Source: Octopus vulgaris (lineage: Eukaryota). From it: a stretch of 64,000 bases of DNA. The stretch spans positions 80,476,001 to 80,540,000 of the forward strand of contig OX597815.1 of the NCBI GenBank assembly GCA_951406725.2. The letters are read 5' to 3'. The notes below the pieces were generated by a model. It was not told the DNA's origin and ran no database searches. It saw only the letters and a program-made list of their open reading frames with translations. The position numbers were made by a program, and so were the translations under genes. Below are positions 52,946 through 64,000 of this stretch, piece after piece. Within the stretch, counting starts at the first letter, position 1; the number at the start of each line of letters is the position of its first letter.

Positions 52946-53305
52946 TTTTTACTCGTTTCAGTCATTTGATTGCGGCCATGCTAGTGCACCGCCTTTAGTC
53001 GTACTAATCGACCGCAGGACTTAGTCTTTGTGTGCCTAGTACTTATTCTATCGGGGTCTGTGGCCGAAATGCTAAGTTACGCAAACACTCTGACATCCAT
53101 TGTCGTATATATAAATATATATACGGCGAGCTTCTTTCAGTTTCCGCCTACCAGATACACTCACAAGACTTTGGTCGGTCCGAGGCTATAACAGAAGACA
53201 CCTGCTCAAGGTGTCACGCAGCGAGGCTGAACCCGGAAACATGTAATTGTAAAGCAAGCTTCTTACCACACAGCCACTCGTGCATCTATAAGCTACTCCT
53301 GCGCC
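52946..53305 (-). mobile_element. SINE family B, near full-length
   Basis: Head GGCGCAGGAGTAG...GTGGCTGTGTGGTAAGAAGCTTGC; tail inverted relative to 52721-52910. Confidence 0.8.
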
Positions 53306-53367
53306 TATATACATACATACATACATATACATACATATACATACATACATATATATATATACATACA

Positions 53368-53403
<36 letters not shown>

Positions 53404-53404
53404 C

Positions 53405-53435
<31 letters not shown>

Positions 53436-53457
53436 TATATGTATTTATGTATTTTTG

Positions 53458-53497
<40 letters not shown>

Positions 53498-53503
<6 letters not shown>

Positions 53504-53957
53504 ACTAATAAACAAATGCAAAAGAAAAAATTTCAATGCCAAATATGCCGAAATAGACTTAATCGTCAATAACCATATAATTTATCACTTTAAGCACGCG
53601 TCTCGAAAGCAAGGCGATAGAAATTTCTTTAAAAAATTCGTTATTATCGGATCGGTCCCAATTTCTGAGTTAATTCATTTAGAATTTTCTCGTCATTAAC
53701 GATAAATACGATAACAAAATAAATGAGATACTTACTTGTACCCATGGAAGAAGTAAACACTAAATCATGAGCACACTTAAGTACCCCAAATATATCTAAA
53801 ATAAAAATTCCACAGCATACCTCGAGACACGTGTGATCGGACTGCTTTCGAGACGCGTGCTTATAGTGATAAATTATATGGTTATTGACGATTAAGTCTA
53901 TTTCGGCATATTTAGCATTGAATTATTTTTCTTTTGGGCTTGTTTATAAGCTGTTTA
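53498..53957. mobile_element. foldback/MITE-like element with ~110-bp TIRs
   Basis: AATATGCCGAAATAGACTTAATCGTCAATAACCATATAATTTATCACT.TAAGCACGCGTCTCGAAAGCA (ends at 53611) is mirrored from 53843. Confidence 0.85.
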
Positions 53958-54034
53958 TAAATTTAACCTTTAAAGGTATTTTTTTAATATGCTGGCCATT
54001 GATAAAATTTTTTCGAAAATTTTATCCTATATTA

Positions 54035-54140
<106 letters not shown>

Positions 54141-57100
54141 CACCATATATGTATTGATAGACATGTGTATGTATATATTTTTGTATGTGTGTGCGTGTAT
54201 GTGTGTATGTATATGTGTATATGTATGTATACAAACAATAGTGGCTAGCAAATGGTTCCACACGGCCACAAAATCCTGGAAGTTCCGAATCAGAGCCCCA
54301 CATGTCACATGCAGTTAGTCATTACCGGGACATGTATTCATGCCTCCATGTAACTACAGAGCAGAATTTCTTTCTAACATATTTTTATGAGCATGCACCT
54401 GTATCTGGAGTATAATGATTTTTTTTATTACTGATTAATAGTGATTCCGTATTAGTATTTCATATCCAGGCTGGAACAATAATGTTCTAAAGTACTTTAT
54501 AGATTCAAGGCTTTCACAGCTTAACCTTCTACATAACATACTGATGCTGTCGTAGTTTTTTAGAAAATTGTGAACGTTTCACAAGATTATTCTCCATTTT
54601 TAATAAATTAAAATTTTTTTGTTATTTATTTGCAAATCAATATTTGAGAAAGAAATTTATGAGTAATGTTTACATCGTGCGCCAAAACAATGTTTACTCT
54701 TTCGTCTACAATGTTCCTTAAGGCATTTCAGGTTAATAGATCTGAACTTTATATCCTTTGGAAATTTTCCTAAATATTTTATATCATTATGCTTCTTGCT
54801 TCTTGTTTGGCTTTAATTACATCATTAATCATTTATTGGATTGGTCGGAAAAGAGCTGGCGGTATTGTTCTGTCGTTTTCCTTGTTATACTTTCTTACAC
54901 TTTATCCACGTTTGTTTTCATACGGTTTGCGTATTGATTTTTTAATCTTGACACAGGGTTAAAACTTTTCAGGTTGCCTAGTACTCATTCTATTGACCAC
55001 GGGGAATGAAAGTTGGAGCAGTCTCTGTGGGATTTGAACGTAGATGGTACAACTAAACGCTGCAGGGTATCTCGCTTTGTTGTAATTTCCATTTTATGCT
55101 TTCGTGTGGTTATTAATTAGAAACCAAAACATGGTCCTAGAAACTGTTTCAGAGCGATGTGTTCGTGGAAAAGCAGGAATATTACAAAAACAAAATTATT
55201 ATGTTATATAAGAGGAGTGGTAGATAATATGGAAGCATCCGAATGGATAAATAATTGAGTAGTGAATCTGAAATTCCTTTTGTTGTAGCTGTTGATAAGA
55301 TAAATAGCTGTAACTTAGATAGGATAAATATTTAATTTACCATACGCCCTGCTAAGTTAAATAATTACATAGTCTTCAGTATACTTAATAAGAAATACAA
55401 ACAAGAATTGGTGTAAAAATGTAGATAGTTATGACAATATATAGAACTTGAATTACTTCTTTCAACTACAAATTAGTTAAAACCCAGTTTTAATCCATTT
55501 GCACAGTATGTATTTTTAGTAAGGTGGACTGAGACGGTGAAAGTTATGTGTAACCCCTAAAATTGTGCAACAATGGATTGTGAATCATCAGCAATTAGTT
55601 CAAGTTCCTATGCACCGATGGCAATAAATATATATGAAAGTCTGACAACTCTTAATTACTTGCCAATTCATTCGCTAAAAGTCATCTTTTGAGTTTTTAT
55701 TAAGCTCTAAGTCAGATGTGATCGAGTGAACCAATGATCAAAAGCATTCCAACCCTAAACAGCCTTCATATTCTTATGTGCAAAGAACCCAGGACACCAT
55801 CAGTCATCGGTTTTTAAACCGTTACAGCATGATTTAAGCGAAATTTGTCGGTTATTTCTATCAGTTGAAATGGGCACATTACAAGATCTTTCGTTGGTTC
55901 ACATATATCTTCATATGTTGTATAAAGTTGACCCAAGCCGAGATCTATGATCAAATGCGTTTCAGCAGTGATCATTCTGTCTCTTTTACATATCAAGAAC
56001 TTCATTATAATTTTTCACGGCAGTAGGGTATGGTTTAAGGGATATTTCCCTATATTTTCTAACAGGTCGACTTCGTAGAAGCATTTCGTTGGTCTGTTTG
56101 CAAAATTAAGTCGGTTTAATAAGACTCATCTTCCATCAATTCTTTTAGCTACAACCTCACATATAAAAAGACAGAATGGACTAAATAGAACAGGAGGAGA
56201 CACGTGGGGTGGAAAGTTGCTGAAGAAGTCACAGGTGTGAGACGAAAAATTCCAGACAATAAAATAAAAATAGTAATAAGCAAGTGAAGAACGAATATAT
56301 AGTGCGCACGTTTATTTGGCAAGAAAGAAAATGACCGTCCTGAAATATAGTATTCTAGGAATAACTCAAAATGTTCATAAAACACTTCGCAGCCTTGCAC
56401 ACTAGGTTAGAGATTCTCAACTATTAACGTTCCTCATAATCTACTAGAATGTGTTTTAACCACTTCACACCGCATTAGTTACTCGCCTGGAAATACAAGA
56501 TCTCTAATGCAATCCAGAAACTCTTCCAGTCATCCATATTCTTTTCTAACTTTGATCGCACATTTTCAAACAAGTGCTATTGTTTGAATTGATATTAACA
56601 TATTACTACTATATTTCACTATTTTGTGCAGGTTTCGGAGTAGAAAAAAAATAGCTACCTGTCACCAGAATTCGAACTTTGGTCACGTAGAAGAGCATCG
56701 TTCAATCATCAGGGGGTATTTTGTCTTGTACTTTACCATTGCTACAAATCCACTTCTCTTCAGCTGCCGAATATTAATAATTTTTAGGTTTTTTTCGAAA
56801 TTATTTTAGCAGATATTTTTATATCTCACAGATCCCTAATTTCCAATTCATTTTTTTTTTTCCTTTTGGTTTTATTTTATGGCTGCAGCTGTGGAAAGGT
56901 TTTGAACACTTATTTCCGGTGTTTCTTTATAAAAATAACAGAGTTAGGTGGCAGAAAATGTCCGGATACACATGTTTGTGCTGAATTCCACCACCCATAG
57001 TGCACGAGACAAACGTTGGGAGAATTAATAGTCTTTCTAACAAAAAGGGAAAAAAAATGGCTGCGGCTGCTGTTGTTGTCGTTGTATTTATAGTTGTTGT

Positions 57101-57659
57101 TGTTCTTGTCGACGGTGGTAGTAGTGGTGTAATATCTTTTTGTTGGTGGTGTTGTTGTACTTGTGGCTGCTGATGTTGTTATTGGTGACGCCGTTTACAG
57201 CGATATTTCGACCATTATATTTAAATATACAAGAGGAAGTCTGGTAAAACGATGGTATAATCTGAAAGTCGGGTGTTTCCGGAAGTTTCTTGAATCTTTA
57301 TTTAAATAGGAGATAAGAAAATACTTGTGTAATGTCATTATGAAAACTTCATTCGTTCACCAGTTCTCATTTGTGACGAAAATTCGACCTCTGTACTGTA
57401 AATTGCTACCAAACTATTTGTCATGCTATTCTTGGTTTAGTACTATGTTTCCTTGTCACTCACTCTCTCCACTGCCTCTCTCATTCTCTCTCCAACTTTC
57501 TATATCCTTTCACTTTCTCTCTAATTCTCTGACTTTCTCTTACGTGTGTTCTTTTGCTTCATACAGCTTTTTCTTGTCCCAGTTGTGGTTTTATTGTTAC
57601 AACTCTTTTCTCTTTGCATGTATTTTTGCACTGCTAGTGATCCTCAGCATAACATTGGT

Positions 57660-58370
57660 TTAATATTCTGTTTCCATCATCAGTGTATTCTCTTTTACTT
57701 TACTTCTACTTCCCCCTTTCTTCCTCATTCTCTCCTCGTGGTAGATACCGTTGACCGAAGCAAGTGCTGTTGGCATTACAAAAATGTATTGTCTTTTTGC
57801 ATATAGTCTGGTAACACACAACGCGACAGGAAAGCAGAACCATGCAGTCAGGCTGTTTGTTTTATATTGTGGTGTCTGCAACAAATCTCCATTCTCTATA
57901 TAATATTTGCTCTAATGTAGACCGTCAGTCCTCTGTGCTTTATATTTACAAAACATTAACAGTATTTTCTTCAGATATACACCCAGTTTGCTATGACGTC
58001 TTGTAACAGAAAGGAAGCGTTTTTGGCGGCACCAAATTGTCTGGCTGTCGTGGCTTCAGACACTGTCATCATTAGAGGCAATATAGTTCCAGAATTTCAT
58101 CCAGGATACAGCAGTGCAACTCGCAAACAGCACTATAGTACTCATGCTCTTACGTGCTCAATCATTCTTCCTGCCGTCACTCGACTTTCTGTTTTTAGCT
58201 GTCATCACAATACTGAAGCCTCCGTTGAGGATATAAATATACGAAAGATTAGGATTACAACTACACTTGACAAATGCAATTTCACATGTAGTAAGGTTTA
58301 TGTAGTGCGTTCGAGATTTCAAAAATTAAGTTCCCCGTATATTTTTGTCGCTATACAGTAAAGGAGAAGG
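57660..58370 (-). mobile_element. degraded RTE (BovB-like) LINE remnant
   Basis: SSDGRKND, YLKKILLMFCKYK..TDGL and VTRLYAKR..IYHEE..KKGGS resemble, in order, the RTE post-RT motifs. Confidence 0.5.
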
Positions 58371-58687
58371 TTATAGTAAGTAAAACAAATGATGCGTGCT
58401 GTAATAATGAAGTTAATACAAGGACTAGATTCTGTCAAAGATAATGTAGTGTAAACGTCACTATTGCAGGGACGTCAATGAGGAAACAGATTTTCCAAAC
58501 AGATTCTCAACAAGATTACTCTCATTGGATAAGTACTCTAGTTCATTTTAAAATATTTCTCTCGATAAAGAATTATTTTTGACTTCTTATAAAAAGACTT
58601 CTAATTTGTTAAATATATTCTTTAGTATATTCAAATGTGCTTTACATATACCTGTGTGTGTATATGTATGTGTGTGTGTCTGTGTCT

Positions 58688-58719
<32 letters not shown>

Positions 58720-58721
58720 TT

Positions 58722-58762
<41 letters not shown>

Positions 58763-58786
58763 CGTGCGTGTGTGTAAGTTTGTGTA

Positions 58787-58935
58787 GAGGCGCGTGATTT
58801 AGTCGTTAGGGTGTTGCAGTTATGAACGTGAAACTGATTTCGATTCCTGAACTGAGTGATGTTTTGTGTTCTTGAGCAAAAAACAACTCAGTTGGCAAAC
58901 GAGAGTAATCTTGCGGCAGATCGGCGTCCCATTAC
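58787..58935 (+). mobile_element. tRNA-derived SINE (degenerate)
   Basis: GGCGCGTGATTTAGTCGTTAGGGTG...TTTCGATTCC...GTGTTCTTGAGCAAAA; a related minus copy lies at ~24140-24195. Confidence 0.6.
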
Positions 58936-59006
58936 AAGATAAGGGATATACAAGCCATGTGTGTGAGTGTGTTTGTGTGCGTGTGTGTGTGTGTAATCCG
59001 TTAAGT

Positions 59007-59280
59007 AAATGGAATATGGGATTGGTATAACTCTTTATTTTGCACGATGATCGTTTCGACCCATCCTGCGATTGTCCTTTATGAGTGGTATACTGTGCAT
59101 CATATTGTGTTGCATCAATTTTGCAGTCTGGGTCACATCAGATACATTCATACATAAAGTGGTATCCCGCCAAAGATCTTGTGTTTGGGCAGTTTGTTGT
59201 CATTTGCTCGCTTCAGTTAAGAACAGTCGCAGGATAGGTCGAAATGATTGTCGTACAAAATAGTTATACCAATTCCATTT
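59007..59280. repeat. inverted pair (~70-bp arms) of PLE-pLTR-like ends
   Basis: TTGGTATAACT..ATTTTGCACGATGATCGTTTCGACCCATCCTGCGATTGTCCT is mirrored by AGAACAGTCGCAGGATAGGTCGAAATGATTGTCGTACAAAATAGTTATACCAA. Confidence 0.8.
59041..59146 (-). ncRNA. hammerhead-like motif with long stem II (A9>U)
   Basis: Minus strand TGTAT-CTGATGT-GACCC...GGGTC-GAAA-CGATCA-TC-GTGCA. Confidence 0.55.
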
Positions 59281-59836
59281 TCTGTTTACCGAATCGATTA
59301 TTATCTCAGCTAATACTACAGAATTCCTGAAGTAGATCCAACGGAAATATATTCCAACTGCGGATGACACCAGGCAACCCAAACTGTGCTAGTGCTTTAC
59401 TCAACACATCAGCACACTAACTGATAAATACTCATTAGTCCAAAATATGAATAAATAAATATTTATATAGGTAAGTATACGTACATACATATACAAAACT
59501 GAATGTTAGCCTACACTCCTAGCCTGCAAGTTAGTATCATTCAAAACCTGCATGAATATGAGGAAACATTGTGACTAGCAGTCTATAACAACATCAGATC
59601 ATTTGATCGTTACAGTGACATATATATGACTTTATGCATATATCACTTGTAAATTACGATTAGTATTTAACTCTAGGTTTCCTAAAACAGCTGTCGAGTT
59701 AGGACATTACATAAATTCTTTATATTTTGTTTTGTTTGTAAATACATGTATATCAAATTCAAAATGTGACCGCGTGTGTAGCGTTGGCGATTTTTTTCCC
59801 TCCGTCTTCCCTTCTTTGGATCTTTCCTTTTCATAT

Positions 59837-59871
59837 GTTTCTGACGAAGAGCTCCGCTCAAAACATTAAAC
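59837..59871 (+). ncRNA. minimal hammerhead-like motif (G12>A)
   Basis: GTTT-CTGACGA-A-GAGC-tcc-GCTC-AAAA-CATT-AAAC. Confidence 0.5.
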
Positions 59872-59973
59872 CCTCCTTTCCTTCTTTCCTGAGCGTCCAA
59901 TAATACTATACTTGTTCCACAACCTCGCATTGTTGTGTTTTCATGTTTAGATTAACTTTATATATATATATAT

Positions 59974-60142
59974 CACCGCACCGTGACCAGGCTATCAGAT
60001 GTTGCTACACATCGCTGGTCACAATGCGCTTCGCATTGTTTTAGCCTTCAAATGACGCCACCCCGCTGGCTAAGCGAGCAGGCCAACAGAAGAAAGAGTG
60101 AGAGAAATTTGTGGCGAAAGAGTACAGCAGGGAACGCCACCC

Positions 60143-60143
<1 letters not shown>
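59974..60143 (-). mobile_element. SINE family C body, partial
   Basis: Near-identical to 39930-40090. Confidence 0.85.
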
Positions 60144-60224
<81 letters not shown>

Positions 60225-61310
60225 TAAACCCAAAATATACAAGCATTCAATTTCACCATTGATGCTGATGAATATATTTGTGAACCGTGCAGACCAGGTG
60301 TAGAAACGCAGCATTGACTGCATGCGAACTTAAACTGTACGAAGGAAACAAAAAACTCGACTTTCTGATAAAACGAGTATACAGACAAAAATACAAACAT
60401 ACATACACACACACACGTACGCACACACACACACACGTACGCGCGCGCGCACACACACACACACACTCTCACACGCACAGATATGAATACATTTATTTAT
60501 AAAGTATGTATGTAGAAGCAAATTTATAATTAGAAGATAAACAATTATATTTATAATTGATATTTGCAGGAAAACTTTATTACTGAAAACAAACCAATAT
60601 AGTACACTTTTACATGGTTGTTCGAGCTGCTAGAAATAGAAGCTGAATAACCCTCGAATCATATCCCGTTATTTTAAAAGAGAAAACATTAGATAACAAA
60701 GTCCTTGGTGCACTTTGCTTGAAGGGAAATTATTGTTTGGTAGATATGTTTAAAACTGGAAATCTTTTGATTTTATCTCATTGCGATGAGTTTTGAGATA
60801 GGGCTGAAAAAAGAAAGAAAATACCTTTATTTGGAGGCTCTATCATGAAAGCGAAACACTCTCTAACTGACCGGATTATTAAGGATAATTGCTAAGTTAG
60901 TGAACTAAACCATTCACTAGTGTGGGGATGGGGATGCGCACGCCCGTCCATTCATGTATTTGGACACACATAATATATAAGAAGACAGGGAGTCAGACCT
61001 GAAGCAGAACTGGGAAGATTTTCATTGCCATGGTTACGAATGGACGAAAGAGCTTTAGATCACTGAGATTGACCGAAAGTTTAATCAACCAATAGATTAA
61101 TCGTTTGGTTCAAAATTAATAAATTACCTAATAATATTAAAAGAAGTAAAAAAAGGGGTAGTGCGTATGTTTATTATTGGCATAACGACCTTCCCTAGAT
61201 ACAACAAAATCTGTTTCAACGCTCGTATTCATATCATGAGTTTTGCAAACCAAATACAAAACAGACATATAAGTTTTAATGGTTATTATTATCTACATAT
61301 CATTTTTGTG

Positions 61311-61346
<36 letters not shown>

Positions 61347-62348
61347 TTTTAAGAAAACCACAGACAACTATCAAATATTCTCTCATTCGAATAAAACTCT
61401 AACAAGCATATATATACCCTTCCAAGTTAATTTATGATTTCGTTCAATTACTTAGGGATTTTTTCACTATTACTTGGGGGTCGTTCAGGGGATACAGTCT
61501 TTCTAAGGAAATTTCGAAGAAGCAACGAAACGCATAATGAGTTTTCTCTGGCACACGCCGACAAATATATGTATCTTCGTCAAATATTTTTATTTTACGT
61601 TTAACACTTATATGATTATACATTAGTTCATTAGTATTCTACTTATGAAATATCATTTTACTTACATAATTGTCTTCTAAAGTTACAACGAATTCTATCT
61701 ATTTGTATATTAGCCATTAGTCAAAGTAAATTACCTAGTATAATTATGAAGTAAATTAAGTACAAAACTATGAGTATATGAATTAATTCTTAAATAATAA
61801 AGTATTTTTTACTTATGCTTTGAAATGTTCTCCGTGTTATAAACTCAGTAAATAATACACAGCGAGAAGCAATTATTTGCTTTGCTATTGTCATACGAAT
61901 CGAATGTAAGGTGTCAATAAACGTTGGAGCCAGTCATACACACAGATATCTAAGTGCAACACACATTTACATATACATAATACATACATACATACATACA
62001 TACATACATACATACATACATACATACATACATACATACATACATAACTATCATTTAAGTATATATGAGCATTCTAGAAAGGCAAGTATATGCATGAGAA
62101 GACACATAAAACAAATCATAGAAATCTGTACGTATACGTACATACATACATTAATACATACATACATTAATACATATATACATACATGCAAATATACCTC
62201 GTTGTTGATGTTGAAATTCTAATAAAGGAGCCTTGGATCTAGGTTAGAAACCGGCTTTTTCTTTATTGGTAAAATCTTGAAATAAAACTCAATATTGACA
62301 TCCATACATACAAACATGCACGCATGTATACATACAAATATAACACAC

Positions 62349-62409
<61 letters not shown>

Positions 62410-62820
62410 GAGTTAAGACCTGCAGGCTAGTTAGTGTTTCATGGACATTGCATTGCGTGCTTAGGCAAGATACTTCATTTCTCGCTACTCCTGTCTACTC
62501 AACTCATAATAAATACCTAAAACTGGTGTAGTCCTTTTTCACTTCCGCTGTCACAAGCTCGGTATTCCCTCGAGTCAAAACTGGAATAAATGAGGGAGTC
62601 GCTAGTACGTTCACGATTATGTAGACACCTAAAAAGAGGTCAGAAACTGCATGATAATCACTAAGAGTTTATGCTCGTTAGTAAGTGAAGTTTGTGTTTG
62701 AATTGAAACGTAAACACGTACACACAAAACGAACGTACGAGTATGCGTATGCGCGCGTTTGTGTGCGTGTCTGAGTGCACATGTGTATACGTGTATAGTT
62801 TATATACAAATTTACATGTA

Positions 62821-63708
62821 CGAGGTGGTATCAAAAGGTTCCCGGATTAGTAATGCTTAATAAAAAAATAACTTATTTACTTAAATTTTAATATCATCTC
62901 CTTCGAAAGAGTCACCTTGTACAGCAATACACCGGCCATACACCGGTTCCAGCGTTCCTGCCCCTTTGGGAGTTCGGCTTGGAAGTCGTTTTCCGTAAGC
63001 GAGTCGAAGACCTTCTGCGATTCGCTCGGGATCTCGACAGCCGTATTAAAACGGCGACCTTTGAGCTGCATTTTCATTTTGGAGAAGAGATGGAAGTCCG
63101 CAGGTGCTAACTCAGGTAAACAAGGTGTGTGTGTGGGTGTGACACCATATTGTTTTTGGCGAAACAATCACGAATGAGGAGAGCTCGGTGAAGAAACTAA
63201 TTCTTCGCGTTCCAATGATCCGATCGTTTTCGCCGAATGTTCTCCCTCAAACTCCAAAACGTCGCAGCAGAACTTTCGGTTGACCGAGACGAATTTTCGA
63301 CGCACAATGCCACATTTCTGTGGGTGATGCTCGTGACACGTCTTCCCAGATCGCTCATCGTCTTCCAGGGATGTTCTTCAGTTTTTGAAGCAAATTTGCC
63401 ACTCGAAACATTGGGTACAACCCATTGCCTCCTTGCTGCAAACTTGCCGAAGCATGCTCAATTTCTTTGCCGCATAATTCTCAAGTTTAATGCAAATTTT
63501 AACTTTGAATCTTTGTTCCTGTCTACGAGACTACTACACGTCATCACAAAAACACAAATTTCCCAACTTGCGAAGTAAACACAGCAATGTCACTCGGCAC
63601 AGTGCCTCATGAAGGTCATTACTAGTTCTCACTGCTGCGCAGGCAACCGTGTGGTGCCATCTGTTGGGCCGCTACAGAACAAATCGTGAACTTTTTAATA
63701 TTACTTAT
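62821..63708 (-). mobile_element. mariner (irritans-like), internally deleted
   Basis: TA-CGAGGTGGTATCAAAAGGTTCCCGGA TIR with a degenerate mate at ~63680-63708; ORF 62877-63167 HTPCLPELAPADFHLFSKMKMQLKGRRF...ERWNRC (YSPDLAP motif). Confidence 0.85.
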
Positions 63709-63786
63709 TACTTCTTTGAGCCATCATTATTACCCTCATTCCAATTCACATGCTATCCAACACATGCACACAGATACGCACTCATT

Positions 63787-63859
<73 letters not shown>

Positions 63860-64000
63860 TTGGTACGGGGCCCCTAAAAACATCCAGGTTTTGGATTTGG
63901 CTAGGATATTTAAAAATATCAAGAACCACTGCTATGGAGCCTTTAGTCAGATGCATGCATGGTTTCACCCAATTAACTAATTTAATAGTTTGATCAGAAC

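Overview
Eukaryotic, AT-rich, extremely microsatellite-dense DNA in which I could find no convincing host protein-coding exon. The SINE families, the GC-rich 18S fragment and the repeat landscape suggest a coleoid cephalopod, probably Octopus (inference). The window is a transposon graveyard. It holds mariner copies, Tc1/mariner and hAT MITEs, a Tigger/pogo remnant, Helitrons, RTE, L1/Tx1 and R4/Dong-type LINE fragments, a probable Gypsy integrase remnant, Penelope-like elements (PLEs) and several tRNA-derived SINE families. It also holds an orphan rDNA piece: the 18S 3' end plus ITS1 with a ~357-bp tandem repeat. The most striking hidden structure is about ten type-I hammerhead-ribozyme (HHR)-like motifs of the PLE/retrozyme kind. 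Several sit in inverted-repeat pairs. The best case is a ~475-bp palindrome (6364-6840) with an HHR on each strand, one of which has a complete consensus core. One repeat family shows a shared non-canonical CUGUNGA core in three copies. Most ORF-track entries are microsatellite translations. All calls were made by eye, and the coordinates of degenerate elements are approximate.
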